DNA from: Filomicrobium sp.
GTDB lineage: Bacteria; Pseudomonadota; Alphaproteobacteria; Rhizobiales; Hyphomicrobiaceae
NCBI GenBank assembly: GCA_040219445.1
Contig: JAVJSM010000003.1
Span: forward strand, 821,020-885,019
Reading direction: 5' to 3'
Length of the DNA: 64,000 bases
Numbering within the stretch: the first letter of the stretch is position 1; each line of letters begins with the position of its first letter. The notes beneath the pieces are model-generated. The model saw nothing but the letters and a program-made list of their open reading frames with translations, was not told the DNA's origin and did not search any database. The position numbers and the translations under genes were made by a program. Below are positions 20,606 through 31,075 of the stretch, piece by piece.

Positions 20606-20863
20606 ATGACTCGTTCTGTTGCCATCATCGCAGCTTTGGTTCTCGGCACATCGGCCGCTTTTGCCGACTCCAAGCCATCCGACGAAGAAGCCAAAAAGCT
20701 CGCTGAAGCGCTTGCGGCACTTGGTTGCGAAGGTGGCGAGCTGGAGAAAGAAACCGAAGGTAGCGGTACATTCGAAGTTGATGACGCCAAGTGCAAGTTC
20801 GGCGGTCAGTGGGACATCAAGTTCGACAGCAAATATCAGGCAACCAGCATGACCCGCGACTAA
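20606..20863 (+). CDS. Small secreted PepSY-like domain protein.
   Basis: AAGGAGG Shine-Dalgarno. Signal peptide MTRSVAIIAALVLGTSAAFA. Two Cys. Terminator downstream. Confidence 0.5.
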   Translation: MTRSVAIIAALVLGTSAAFADSKPSDEEAKKLAEALAALGCEGGELEKETEGSGTFEVDDAKCKFGGQWDIKFDSKYQATSMTRD

Positions 20864-20894
20864 TCTCGCGGAGCGTTGTTGCTCAGGATATGAA

Positions 20895-20931
20895 GGCAGT
20901 GATCGGTCGCGATCGCTGCCTTTTCTTTTTC
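20895..20931 (+). terminator. Rho-independent terminator.
   Basis: GGCAGTGATCG-GTCG-CGATCGCTGCC stem-loop followed by TTTTCTTTTT. Confidence 0.55.
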
Positions 20932-21021
20932 GGAAAGCCGGCTGTGTTTGGTGCTTCCTCGGGTCGTATGATGTGAACCAACAGTTTCGACTTCAACATG
21001 CCTGGCCGTCATAGTGAGGCG

Positions 21022-22230
21022 CTAGGCTGCCGGTACAGCGCAAACGCAGGTGCTATCGCTAGAGCGTACCGAGGGCTTTTTTCTGATGAACACTTTTGTT
21101 TTCGAATCCGGGCCAATGTAGCAATTGCGGCCGGCTTGCTTTGCCCGGTACATGCGTTGATCGGCGAGTTCAACGAGTTCCATAACGTGGGTGGATTTGT
21201 CCGCCGTTCGCTCAGCAATTCCTATGCTACCGGTTTGTGGCATGTGGTTTGGGCGCAAACCGATCCCATGTGCTGCAATCTTCTGGACAACGCGCTCTGC
21301 GCCGGTGCTGTCGGTTTCTGGAAGAAGAATGGCAAATTCCTCGCCGCCCCATCGAATGACGCTGTCCTGTTTCCGCAGGCAACGCGCAATAGACTGAGCC
21401 GCGTCCTGGAGGACTTGGTCGCCGCTCGCATGACCCCAACGGTCGTTAATCTGCTTGAACCGGTCTAGGTCGATAAATATCACCGATAGAGGCCTGTTTT
21501 GGCGTTCTGCCAGTGCGAAGGTTGCGATCAAGAGCTCACTGCCTGCGCGTCTGTTCAATGTCGCGGTCAGAGCGTCCCGTGACGAACGTTCGACGAGTCT
21601 CAACAGGAGCCGCAACTGGCTCATTGCGGAAACGGCACCAATTCCGATTAGCAAGGCGAGTATTACGACAATTGCGCCGACAGATATTGAAGGGTCAATG
21701 CTCGACCACAGAATTGCGGTCAGGGTCATCGTGCCCATCAGCGGCAAGGCGAGGATGAGGCACTCAAGAGCCGTCAGCGGAAAAAAGCTGAGACCGGCTG
21801 CGATCAGGAAGGGAGCGTAAAGGTATGTGTCAGCTGTAAAGTGAGATTGCGGTAAGCCGAACCACCAAAAGGATAAATTGGCAGCGAGGCAAAAAGCTAT
21901 TGCCGTTCCGATCAGGCCGCCAATAGCGATGTAGGCGTTTTTCAACGTCGCTTCGAACTTTTTGCGCGCGAGGTAGGCAAAGCCCACGGCTGCCAGAAGG
22001 CGGAAGGGAATGATGACGCCAGAGATCGGCCAGTCGATCGTCAGTGATTCGACTAGGATCCAAACGATCGTCAGGATGTAGAACACTCCCGCGATAGACT
22101 GGACGCGCCGGATAATCTGTCGATTTCGTTCAGTTTCGGCTTCTGGTGGGTGTGCCTTGGCGTGCAATAGTAGATCGGAAGCTTTTGGCCCAAAAAACCT
22201 ATCGATTGATGCCGAGACCAATGTCTGCAT
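21022..22230 (-). CDS. Membrane-anchored diguanylate cyclase (GGDEF domain).
   Basis: About 200-aa N-terminal polytopic membrane region. GGDEF domain with RWGGEEFAILL and DLDRFKQINDRWGH. Confidence 0.85.
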   Translation of the reverse strand: MQTLVSASIDRFFGPKASDLLLHAKAHPPEAETERNRQIIRRVQSIAGVFYILTIVWILVESLTIDWPISGVIIPFRLLAAVGFAYLARKKFEATLKNAYIAIGGLIGTAIAFCLAANLSFWWFGLPQSHFTADTYLYAPFLIAAGLSFFPLTALECLILALPLMGTMTLTAILWSSIDPSISVGAIVVILALLIGIGAVSAMSQLRLLLRLVERSSRDALTATLNRRAGSELLIATFALAERQNRPLSVIFIDLDRFKQINDRWGHASGDQVLQDAAQSIARCLRKQDSVIRWGGEEFAILLPETDSTGAERVVQKIAAHGIGLRPNHMPQTGSIGIAERTADKSTHVMELVELADQRMYRAKQAGRNCYIGPDSKTKVFIRKKPSVRSSDSTCVCAVPAA

Positions 22231-22438
22231 CTTTTTTCCTCACTTGGTCTCGCCCTAGAGAGTTTTTTGTCCGCTGGTTTGCGTAAAACCGGTATCGGAG
22301 CGGATCTTTTTTATGAGACTTCTATTCCCCTTTTTATCTGCCGTGGGTTTAGGAATAAGTTCCAGGCAATGTAATTTGCGTCCTTTGTTCTATGCATGAC
22401 TTCTGTGTGGACCGTAGTTTCGGGTTGATGGCTCGGTT

Positions 22439-23026
22439 TCAATCAGCGGCTGATTGAATGGCTGGCACGAGGTGTTCGGGTAGCGGCAGCTTGAGCGCGG
22501 CGTCGCGTCCTGGTTGAGACATCTTTCGCGCGGTTTTTTGGACGATGCGAAATAGTTCGTCTTCCGGCCGGTCTGCTGCGAACGGCGAGAAGTACCAACG
22601 CATGAAAACGAGGCAGGCGACGTCTTCCAACGTTTGGGCTTCGGCGTCTTTTTTTATTGCCCGTTTGGAAAGCAATAGCGCGACACGTTCGCAATCAGTC
22701 TGATCGTATCCCGCTTCAAGCATCAAATCAGATGCGCGTTGACCGTGAAATACTGCAGCGTCTTTGCGCCATGCAAGATAACCGGCACGGCCCTCGGGGT
22801 AGTCGCTGCGTTCTCTGGTCCAGCGTTCGATATGTTGCGCGCGTACGGCAATCTGAAGATGCTCGGACGCCTCAGGTTGAAACTCGCTTAGAACATTCGA
22901 CATGCGTTGGCCGTAAAGGAGTGCCGATGGCGTCGAACGTCCGTCGAGCTCGGTCATGTTTGGGTCGGCGGAATTTGCGTTATCGATTTTTTGGAGCACA
23001 GTTTCTAGGCGGGTTTGGTCCGACAT
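22439..23026 (-). CDS. DUF4202-family protein.
   Basis: 195 aa. AGGAG Shine-Dalgarno before the ATG. Family assignment is from memory of the DUF4202 pattern. Confidence 0.55.
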   Translation of the reverse strand: MSDQTRLETVLQKIDNANSADPNMTELDGRSTPSALLYGQRMSNVLSEFQPEASEHLQIAVRAQHIERWTRERSDYPEGRAGYLAWRKDAAVFHGQRASDLMLEAGYDQTDCERVALLLSKRAIKKDAEAQTLEDVACLVFMRWYFSPFAADRPEDELFRIVQKTARKMSQPGRDAALKLPLPEHLVPAIQSAAD

Positions 23027-23295
23027 TCAGTCGCTCCTGATTGGTTTCGAATAGTTGCCGTTGAGTGGTGGTGCCTACTCAACGTCTGATCATCACACTT
23101 GCGGATTGTTTTTTCCAGCGTTCGCTGCTTTCACTCCGACAGGTTTGGGATCGTGGGTGATTGTATCTCGCAACACGTGGCGACTTATGGAGTGCAGGCT
23201 GTGCTCTGATGGTCGGGGAATAATTGGGTGTGACGTTTGGCAGTTTGGCGTGGCGCTTGAATTCTTGTATAAGACTGTGAGGGAAAGGCAGCTGC

Positions 23296-23565
23296 GTGCC
23301 GCAGAATACCAAGTTCGAAGTTTGGCTTGTCTGGAGTGACCAGCGAATCGTCGTTCCTGAAAATGTTTCGTGCCTTGATGCGTTGATTGCTGCAGACGTG
23401 CCGATTGAGCCGGGGTGTCGGACAGGGGGCTGCGGAGAATGCGTCACGCAGTACGTCGAAGGCGAGGTGCTGCATAAGGATTCCTGCCTCAATGACGAGG
23501 AACGCAAGACGCAGTTTTGTCCATGCGTGTCGCGTGCAGTTGGGACGCTTGTGCTTCCGTTTTGA
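23296..23565 (+). CDS. Small 2Fe-2S ferredoxin-like protein.
   Basis: Cys pattern CRTGGCGEC...C...CPC typical of plant-type 2Fe-2S ferredoxins. GTG start. Confidence 0.55.
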   Translation: MPQNTKFEVWLVWSDQRIVVPENVSCLDALIAADVPIEPGCRTGGCGECVTQYVEGEVLHKDSCLNDEERKTQFCPCVSRAVGTLVLPF

Positions 23566-23682
23566 TGGCAGTCCACATGCATGCGTTTTCCTATGATGAG
23601 CATGGCTTGGAGCTGCTTTTTTGTTTGGGGTTGGCCGGTTCTCCGATTAGGTGGATTTTCTCAAGAAGGGTTTAGTTGAGAC

Positions 23683-24621
23683 GTGCTGGACGTCCTTTCG
23701 ATCATTGCGCCGGTGTTTGGGCTTATTGCGATTGGTTTTTTGTTTGGCCGGCTGCAATGGCTATCGCCGACGGCTGAAAAAGGCGTCTCAGAGTTCGCTT
23801 TTAACCTCGCCATTCCAGCTCTCCTGTTTAAGACGATTGCGACGATGGAACTCGGCGATGTTTCCGTCGCCGGGGTCTGGTTGAGTTTCTACGGTGCGAT
23901 TGCAACGGCGTATTTGCTGTCGGTATTGGGCACAAAGTTCGTCCTAAAGCGACCGATGCTCGATGGTGCTTCGATTGCGATGTCGACTGTGTTCGGAAAT
24001 GCCGTAATGCTGGGTATTCCGATTAGCCTTACAACATTCGGTACGCCTGCAGCTGCGCCACTCGCTCTAATCCTGTCAGTGCACGCTCCGTCGCTTTGGC
24101 TGGCGACAACACTGCATGCGCGTATGGCCGACCGGCAGGTTGGTGTCGGTCTTTCAACGGTTGCTGCCCGGTTGTTTGACGACCTCAGTCATAATCCGAT
24201 CATTCTCGGCATTGTTGCTGGCGTGTTGTGGCGGCTCTTCGGCTTCACAATGCCGGACGTTGGCTTGAAGGTTCTAAACTTGTTGGCGCAGGCGGGTGTT
24301 CCGGCTGCTTTGGTGGCGCTCGGGTTGTCGCTCGTTCGTTTTCAGATCAAAGGCCAGGTCCCAACGCTCACGATGATTATAGCGTTGAAGCTGTTGGCTA
24401 TGCCGATCGTGGCGTTTTCGCTCGGCTACTTTGTTTTGGGACTCGACCCGGTTTCGCTAGGTGTCGTAACGATCGTTGCGGCCGCGCCAACAGGGGCGAA
24501 CGCCTACATCTTTGCCAATAAGAATGGCCGTGCGGTCAATTCCGCATCAGGTGCCGTGGCGCTTGGTACCGTGCTCTCCGCAATCACGATGACGGTCGTA
24601 CTGACGGTCATAAAACCCTGA
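23683..24621 (+). CDS. AEC-family (auxin-efflux-carrier / MdcF-like) transporter.
   Basis: 312 aa with about 10 TM segments. N-terminal MLDVLSIIAPVFGLIAIGFLFGR is characteristic of the AEC family. Confidence 0.8.
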   Translation: MLDVLSIIAPVFGLIAIGFLFGRLQWLSPTAEKGVSEFAFNLAIPALLFKTIATMELGDVSVAGVWLSFYGAIATAYLLSVLGTKFVLKRPMLDGASIAMSTVFGNAVMLGIPISLTTFGTPAAAPLALILSVHAPSLWLATTLHARMADRQVGVGLSTVAARLFDDLSHNPIILGIVAGVLWRLFGFTMPDVGLKVLNLLAQAGVPAALVALGLSLVRFQIKGQVPTLTMIIALKLLAMPIVAFSLGYFVLGLDPVSLGVVTIVAAAPTGANAYIFANKNGRAVNSASGAVALGTVLSAITMTVVLTVIKP

Positions 24622-24688
24622 GCTGCACGGGAGGCGTTTCGTGTGCGCGGTGTGCGTCGGGCTGGGCAGTCGCGGAGCGCCCATAAGC

Positions 24689-25276
24689 TCAGCCGTGTAG
24701 AACCTTTGCGACCCGAGCTAGGTTTTCGATCAGGCTCTTGTAACGTTCTTGGGCTGCCTCGTCCGCCAGATTGCCATCTTCGTTGAAGGCATTCGCGGCG
24801 CGTGGCACAGCGATTTGTTCCGGCAGGACCAACGCTCCTAATCCGATTTCAAGAACGTGGCGCACCGTGTTCAGGCCGCGTAGTCCGCCCATGCCGCCAG
24901 GAGATGCAGAGGCCAGTGCGAAGACTCTGGTGCGGTAAACTTCGTTCATACCTTCACCTTCTTCTCGGACACGGCTGACCCAATCAAGCGTGTTTTTCAG
25001 AAGTGGTGAAATGGACGCGTTGTATTCTGGGCTGGCGATCAAAATGCCGGTGTGAAGCTGGAACAGAGCTTTCAATTTACGGGCATTTTCCGGAGGGCCT
25101 TCGCCTGCCTCCAGGTCTCCGTCGTAGACCGGCATTGGATAGTCGCCAAGATCTGCGAACGTGCTGGTTATGCCGTTGGCTTGAGCGATCTGTGCACCCA
25201 GGCGGGCAACCTTCTTGTTGAAAGACCCGCTGCGGGCGGAGCCTGCGATAAACAGCAGTCGTGTCGGTTCGCTCAT
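24689..25276 (-). CDS. NADPH-dependent FMN reductase-family flavoprotein.
   Basis: LLFIAGSARSGSFNKKVARL flavodoxin-like N-terminus typical of NADPH-dependent FMN reductases. AGGGAA Shine-Dalgarno. Confidence 0.8.
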   Translation of the reverse strand: MSEPTRLLFIAGSARSGSFNKKVARLGAQIAQANGITSTFADLGDYPMPVYDGDLEAGEGPPENARKLKALFQLHTGILIASPEYNASISPLLKNTLDWVSRVREEGEGMNEVYRTRVFALASASPGGMGGLRGLNTVRHVLEIGLGALVLPEQIAVPRAANAFNEDGNLADEAAQERYKSLIENLARVAKVLHG

Positions 25277-25304
25277 GATCGGAATTCCCTGGCTTCTTGT
25301 CGCT

Positions 25305-25775
25305 CTACTTTTTGGCGTTGCCGGGGAGGGTTTTCAAGTAGGCGATGACGGCCTTACGGTGCACGTGGTTCTCGATGCCGGTGTGGCGCATGCGGATGTC
25401 CGGCGTGTCGAACGTGGTTTGCGCTAGCCAGTTATCGAGCGTTGAGGGTGTCCATGGTGTGTTGATGCCCTTCATGTTCTCGGAATAGGTGAAGCCATCA
25501 AGACTACCGGGCGCACGGCCAAAAAGGTTGTGAAGGGGCGCTGCATAGCGGTCCTCTCCAGGTTCGAGCGCATGGCAGTTGGAGCAGCGCTGCAGGACGA
25601 GCATGTTGCCGAGTTTTAAAACCGCTTCTGGAGAAGGTTGTGGCGCGTTTTGAGGAGGACTTCCTGCTGACGCGGGGAGTGTCAGCGCCGAGAAGAGCGC
25701 CAACGCACAAATGGTAAATTTTGCTGCGGATTGGCGAACTACTTGGTTCAAGTGGGTCAATCGGAATGCGGTCAT
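25305..25775 (-). CDS. Periplasmic c-type cytochrome (class I).
   Basis: Signal peptide. Heme-binding CSNCH. GAAGGA Shine-Dalgarno before the ATG (MTAFRL). Confidence 0.75.
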   Translation of the reverse strand: MTAFRLTHLNQVVRQSAAKFTICALALFSALTLPASAGSPPQNAPQPSPEAVLKLGNMLVLQRCSNCHALEPGEDRYAAPLHNLFGRAPGSLDGFTYSENMKGINTPWTPSTLDNWLAQTTFDTPDIRMRHTGIENHVHRKAVIAYLKTLPGNAKK

Positions 25776-26036
25776 TTGGGTTTGTCCTTCTTTTTCGCGC
25801 ACGATCTTCAAAAAGCAGATACGCGTTTGCGGTGTGGATGGATCAAACCCGTTAATTTCGACTGGTCTTTGCCAACACGTGAGCCCTTGGGGCTGTGGAG
25901 GTGTATGCTTCACAAAAAAGGCACCGGTCCTGGGCTGGTCCGGTGCCTTTTGGGCTAATCTTTGATGCTCCGTGCGCGCAGTAGCATTCTGCGATTCAAA
26001 CCGCAGAACTCGCCGCGTGGTGCAGTCTGGCGCGAT

Positions 26037-26450
26037 TTATTTGGTGGTCAGCGATTCGATGTAAGCCAGGAGGAAGTCCTGTTCGGCTTTATCGGTAATG
26101 CCAACGTGGCGCATACGGGTGCCAGGCATGAAGCCGTCGTTGTCGGCCATCCAGGCGCGCAGGCTGTTCAGGTTCCAGACGATGCCGGAATTCTTCATGG
26201 CGTCTGAGTAATCGAAACCTTCCAACGTTCCGGCTTTGCGGCCGACCACGCCTAGCAGGCTTGGGCCATAAGCTTTGCGTTTAGGGTCATCGGCATGGCA
26301 GCTTTCGCAGCGCTGTTCGAACATGATTTTGCCGGCGGCCTGCATGGCTTTTTTGCCTGCTTCCGTCATTTCGGCATTAGCAACGCCCGCGTTCATCGAG
26401 ACTGCGGCGCAAAGGGTGGCAAGGGCCAGAAATTTTTTTGTGAGCTGCAT
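26037..26450 (-). CDS. Periplasmic c-type cytochrome, paralogous to the neighbouring cytochrome.
   Basis: Signal peptide MQLTKKFLALATLCAAVSMNAGVANA. CESCH heme motif. The downstream region is similar to the adjacent cytochrome (GTLEGFDYS / TRMRHVGI). Confidence 0.75.
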   Translation of the reverse strand: MQLTKKFLALATLCAAVSMNAGVANAEMTEAGKKAMQAAGKIMFEQRCESCHADDPKRKAYGPSLLGVVGRKAGTLEGFDYSDAMKNSGIVWNLNSLRAWMADNDGFMPGTRMRHVGITDKAEQDFLLAYIESLTTK

Positions 26451-26668
26451 GATCGCTATCTCCAGTTCCCCAAGATTCCTAGTGATCTTGGACGTTGGCA
26501 CACTAAGTCTCGTGCCAAGCTGAACTTTGATTGCGATCAAGAATCAATGGCAATAAGTCGCTTCCGACCGAAAGTCGAATCCGCGAATGCTCCGTGCCTA
26601 CAACCAAAGTTTATCGGGTCTGGCATTAGGCAGGCGTATGGGTGTGGTCGGATTCAAAATTAGTCGAA

Positions 26669-27823
26669 TCAGAGGTCTTTGCTATCGCCTTCAAAAAGGC
26701 CCTTAACCCGATCGAAAAAGCTTTGGCTTTCGGGGCTGGTTTTATCTCCAGATAGCTTTTGAAACTCTTCAAGCAGCTCGCGCTGGCGTTTGTTGAGATT
26801 GGTCGGCGTTTCAACTTCGACCTGGATGTACATGTCGCCGGTTAGCTTCGAGCGCAGGACCGGCATGCCTTTTCCTTTCAGCCGGAACTGTTTGCCGCTT
26901 TGTGTGGCCTCAGGGATTTTTACGCGAGACTTTGTGCCACTGACTGTTGGAACTTCGATGGTTCCACCCAGTGCAGCGGTGGTCATTGAAATTGGCACGC
27001 GGCAGAAAATATCTGAGCCGTCGCGCTGAAAGATTGGGTGCGGTTCGATCGACAAGAAGATGTAAAGGTCGCCGGTTGGGCCACCTCTCATGCCTGCTTC
27101 GCCTTCTCCAGACAAGCGGATGCGCGTGCCGTCTTCGACGCCCGCGGGAATGTTTACCGAAAGCGTGCGCTCTTTGGTCTTGCGACCCGTGCCTGAGCAG
27201 TCTGTGCATGGGTCTTCGATGACTTCGCCACGGCCCTGACAGTTGGGACAGGGGCGCTCAATGGTGAAGAAGCCTTGGCTTGCGCGGATTTTACCGGCAC
27301 CCGAACAGGCCGGGCAAGTTACCGGCTGTGTGCCTGGCTTTGCGCCGCTACCATTACAGGTCTCACAGATGACGCTGGTCGGGACGCGAATTTGTGCGGT
27401 CTTACCTTCGTAGGCTTCGTCGAGTTTGATGGTCATATTGTAGCGCAAGTCCGCGCCACGTTCATGCCCGCCGCGACGTCCGCCAGGTCCGCGCCGACCG
27501 CCCATGAATTCGCCGAACAGATCGTCGAAGATGTCAGACATCGACGACGCGAAATCTGGACCAAACCCACCTTGTCCGCCGGGGCCGCGTCCGGCTCCGT
27601 CGAAAGCGGCATGGCCGAATTGGTCGTAAGCGGCTCGCTTTTGCGGATCACGAAGCGCCTCGTAGGCTTCGTTCACCTCTTTGAAGTTCTTTTCAGCGTT
27701 TTCATCACCGGGGTTGGCATCCGGGTGGTATTTCTTGGCCAATTTTCGAAAAGCGGATTTCAAATCCTTTTCGTCTGCGCTGCGGTCAACGCCGAGAACC
27801 TCGTAATAGTCGCGCTTGGCCAT
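26669..27823 (-). CDS. dnaJ: Molecular chaperone DnaJ.
   Basis: [13 protein letters not shown]-domain. G/F-rich linker. Four CxxCxGxG zinc-finger repeats. C-terminal substrate-binding domain. Confidence 0.93.
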   Translation of the reverse strand: MAKRDYYEVLGVDRSADEKDLKSAFRKLAKKYHPDANPGDENAEKNFKEVNEAYEALRDPQKRAAYDQFGHAAFDGAGRGPGGQGGFGPDFASSMSDIFDDLFGEFMGGRRGPGGRRGGHERGADLRYNMTIKLDEAYEGKTAQIRVPTSVICETCNGSGAKPGTQPVTCPACSGAGKIRASQGFFTIERPCPNCQGRGEVIEDPCTDCSGTGRKTKERTLSVNIPAGVEDGTRIRLSGEGEAGMRGGPTGDLYIFLSIEPHPIFQRDGSDIFCRVPISMTTAALGGTIEVPTVSGTKSRVKIPEATQSGKQFRLKGKGMPVLRSKLTGDMYIQVEVETPTNLNKRQRELLEEFQKLSGDKTSPESQSFFDRVKGLFEGDSKDL

Positions 27824-28061
27824 TGTCGTCATTGCTTTCCTTACAGCGGAGTTCGCGCACCTGGCGGGCGGTATCGGGGGACTGGACGAGACCGGCTTGA
27901 TGTCTGTAATGCGCGTTCGATCGTTAGCTCCCGCTTGCTCGGCTGGTGTGCCCGAGGGCCATCTTCAAAAAGAATCAGGGCCAGGGTCTTCAGATCCTTA
28001 TAAACGAATTTTGGGGCCCGGTCGAAAGCCGGACCCCACGTGGTAGGCGTAAATCGGCCGA

Positions 28062-29984
28062 TTAGGCCTTTTTCTTGTCGTCGTCGACTTCTTCAAAATC
28101 GGCATCGACGACATCGTCGGCTGGGTCTGACGAAGCGGCTGCATCGGCAGCTGCGTCAGCTTCAGCGGTTTCCTGCTGGCCGGCATAGACCGCTTCACCA
28201 ATCTTCATGGAAGCCTGGGTCAGGTTCGCAACAGCCGTCTTGATGGCTTCGAGATCCTCTTTGCCCATAGCTTCTTTGGTGTCGTTGATGGCTGCTTCAA
28301 CTTCGTCTTTAACAGCGGCGACCTTTTCGTTGTCCTTGTTCTCTTCAAGGGTTTTCTCGGTCGCGTGGACCATGGCTTCAGCTTGGTTGCGCGTCTCGAC
28401 GAGCTCACGGCGAACTTTGTCTTCGCTGGCGTGGGCTTCGGCGTCCTTGACCATTTTATCGATCTCGTCGTCCGTCAGACCGCCGGAAGCTTCAATGCGA
28501 ACCGATTGCTCTTTGCCGGTCGCTTTGTCTTTGGCCGAAACGTGGACGATACCATTGGCGTCGATGTCGAACGTGACCTCGATCTGCGGTACGCCGCGTG
28601 GTGCTGGTGGAATGCCGATAAGGTCGAACTGACCAAGTAGTTTGTTATCGGCAGCCATTTCGCGCTCGCCCTGCTGGACCCGGATCGTCACAGCGCTTTG
28701 GCCATCTTCAGCGGTGGAGAACACCTGGCTCTTTTTCGTTGGGATCGTGGTGTTGCGATCGATAAGGCGGGTAAACACACCGCCAAGTGTTTCGATGCCA
28801 AGCGACAGAGGCGTAACGTCAAGAAGCAGGACGTCTTTAACTTCACCTTTGAGAACACCGGCCTGGATGGCAGCGCCGACTGCAACGACCTCGTCCGGGT
28901 TGACGCCTTTATGAGGTTCTTTACCGAAGAGCTGTTTGACGACTTCCTGCACGCGCGGCATGCGCGTCATGCCACCAACGAGGACGACTTCGTCGATGTC
29001 TGCAGCTTTGAGACCGGCGTCTTTGATTGCTTGCTGACACGGACCTTTGGTGCGGTCGATCAGGTCGCTGACTAGGCTTTCCATCTTGGCCCGGGTCAGC
29101 TTCATGGTCAGGTGTTTCGGACCCGATTGATCCGCTGTGATGAACGGCAGGTTGACTTCCGTTTGCGAAGATGAGGACAGTTCGATCTTGGCTTTTTCAG
29201 CAGCTTCCTTGAGGCGCTGCAGGGCGAGCTTGTCCTGGCGCAGGTCGATTGAGTTTTCTTTCTTGAACTCATCAGCCAGATAAGAGACGAGCGCCATGTC
29301 GAAGTCTTCACCACCAAGGAAAGTATCGCCGTTGGTCGATTTCACTTCGAAGACACCGTCGCCGATCTCGAGGATCGATATATCGAAGGTACCTCCGCCA
29401 AGGTCATAGACAGCGATTGTGGTTGCGGTGTCTTTTTTGTCGAGGCCATAAGCCAGAGCGGCTGCGGTCGGCTCGTTAATGATGCGCAGCACTTCGAGGC
29501 CCGCGATTTTACCGGCGTCTTTGGTTGCCTGGCGCTGGGCGTCATTGAAGTAAGCCGGAACGGTGATGACTGCCTGAGTAACGGTCTCGCCGAGCTTCGC
29601 TTCAGCGGTTTCCTTCATCTTTTGCAGAATGAAGGCAGAGATTTCCTGCGGTGAATATTTCTTGCCGCCAGCTTCGATCCACGCGTCGCCACTTGGGCCT
29701 TCGACGATCTCATACGGAACGAGGTCCTGATCTTTCTTAACGGTTGGGTCATCGAAGCGTCGGCCGATGAGGCGCTTAATCGCGAACAAGGTGTTCAGTG
29801 GGTTCGTTACGGCCTGACGTTTTGCTGGCAGACCGACCAGACGCTCGCCATCTTCTGTGAAAGCGACGATCGAGGGTGTCGTATTGGCGCCTTCAGCGTT
29901 GTCGAGCACGCGAGGCTTGCCACCTTCCATAACAGCGACGCAGGAGTTCGTGGTTCCAAGGTCGATGCCGATAACTTTTGACAT
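28062..29984 (-). CDS. dnaK: Molecular chaperone DnaK (Hsp70).
   Basis: [21 protein letters not shown]. Full Hsp70 ATPase and substrate-binding domains. Acidic C-terminus. Confidence 0.95.
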   Translation of the reverse strand: MSKVIGIDLGTTNSCVAVMEGGKPRVLDNAEGANTTPSIVAFTEDGERLVGLPAKRQAVTNPLNTLFAIKRLIGRRFDDPTVKKDQDLVPYEIVEGPSGDAWIEAGGKKYSPQEISAFILQKMKETAEAKLGETVTQAVITVPAYFNDAQRQATKDAGKIAGLEVLRIINEPTAAALAYGLDKKDTATTIAVYDLGGGTFDISILEIGDGVFEVKSTNGDTFLGGEDFDMALVSYLADEFKKENSIDLRQDKLALQRLKEAAEKAKIELSSSSQTEVNLPFITADQSGPKHLTMKLTRAKMESLVSDLIDRTKGPCQQAIKDAGLKAADIDEVVLVGGMTRMPRVQEVVKQLFGKEPHKGVNPDEVVAVGAAIQAGVLKGEVKDVLLLDVTPLSLGIETLGGVFTRLIDRNTTIPTKKSQVFSTAEDGQSAVTIRVQQGEREMAADNKLLGQFDLIGIPPAPRGVPQIEVTFDIDANGIVHVSAKDKATGKEQSVRIEASGGLTDDEIDKMVKDAEAHASEDKVRRELVETRNQAEAMVHATEKTLEENKDNEKVAAVKDEVEAAINDTKEAMGKEDLEAIKTAVANLTQASMKIGEAVYAGQQETAEADAAADAAASSDPADDVVDADFEEVDDDKKKA

Positions 29985-30165
29985 TCTTCGTAATTCCTTT
30001 CGATTGCGGCAGACCGTCTGGGCCCTTTTTCTTCGGCGCCCCGGAATACCTACTCGCTCGTTGCGGAGTGACGCCTTCGACCGGCGCCTAGGTACGGTCC
30101 CCTTTGATACAGCCGACCGCAGCGCTCCCGGCCGCGGCGACTTGAGATCGTGACTTGATGGACAG

Positions 30166-30196
30166 ATATATAAGCGGCCTGTTTCGCCGTGCAACC
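30166..30196 (-). promoter_or_regulatory. Putative RpoH (sigma-32)-type heat-shock promoter upstream of dnaK.
   Basis: On the minus strand: GTTGCA, a 15-nt spacer, then CTTATATAT, about 180 nt upstream of the dnaK ATG. Resembles the alphaproteobacterial RpoH consensus (CTTG...CYTATNT). By eye only. Confidence 0.25.
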
Positions 30197-30332
30197 GCGC
30201 CAATTGTGGCGGTTGTTGAAGAAACACAGTAGAGAGGCGGCCCGGTCAGTTGGCGAATCGTCCAGAGACCGTCTGTTGCACTAGAACTTGTTGTCTTGTT
30301 GGCATTTTCTGTGTTGGAGCTTGCGTTAAGCG

Positions 30333-30941
30333 ATGGTCGAGGGATGCCGACATTTAGAGGGTTTTCTTAGTCTTTCGGAGCAGGAGAACCTGTTGAGCGA
30401 CTTAAGGGACGCCGCAAAAACGGCCCCTTACTTTCGACCTGTCATGCCGCGCTCGGGCCGTCCGTTCTCGGTGGAAATGACGAATTGCGGCTCATTGGGC
30501 TGGGTTTCCGACAAGGTAAAGGGCTACCGTTACCAAGACGTGCACCCTGAAACCGGACAGCCTTGGCCCGAAATTCCGCAACAGCTTCTCGATCTATGGC
30601 GTGCGGTGGCGGATTACCCCGGGATGCCCGAAGCCTGCTTGGTTAACTACTATGCTGACGGTGCGAAGATGGGCAGCCATGTGGATCGCGATGAAGAGGA
30701 AAGGGATGCTCCCGTTGTCTCCGTTTCTCTTGGTGACGAGGCTGTTTTCCACGTTGGCGGTTTGAAGCGCGGAGGGACCAAGACCCGATACAACTTGAAG
30801 TCGGGTGATGTGTTCGTCTTGGGCGGTAGTGCGCGGTTTGCGTATCACGGGATTGATCGTGTGATTTCCGGTTCTTCGTCGCTGTTGCCGGAAGGTGGGC
30901 GGATCAACATCACCATGCGTAGAGTTCGCCCTTTGGAATAG
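30333..30941 (+). CDS. alkB: Alpha-ketoglutarate/Fe(II)-dependent dioxygenase AlkB (DNA/RNA alkylation repair).
   Basis: Collinear with E. coli AlkB: SVEMTNCGSLGW, PWPEIP, GSHVDRDE (HxD), VVSVSLGDEAVFHVGG, ARFAYHGI. Confidence 0.85.
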   Translation: MVEGCRHLEGFLSLSEQENLLSDLRDAAKTAPYFRPVMPRSGRPFSVEMTNCGSLGWVSDKVKGYRYQDVHPETGQPWPEIPQQLLDLWRAVADYPGMPEACLVNYYADGAKMGSHVDRDEEERDAPVVSVSLGDEAVFHVGGLKRGGTKTRYNLKSGDVFVLGGSARFAYHGIDRVISGSSSLLPEGGRINITMRRVRPLE

Positions 30942-31075
30942 TGGTTCCTGGTTCGTTCTATTTCCTATTGCTCAATAAGCCTATGCAATTCGGTAATGAA
31001 TTATTGAATCCTGTCTCACAATAGTTCGCCAAAGACTCTCTTTTGATTCTGATTCTTTATTGGCGAGGCCTGGAA

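Noticed and set aside
23055-23339. 94-aa ORF in the DUF4202/ferredoxin intergenic region.
   Set aside because: Overlaps the ferredoxin start. No ribosome-binding site. Cys/Gly-rich translation typical of a GC-rich intergenic frame.
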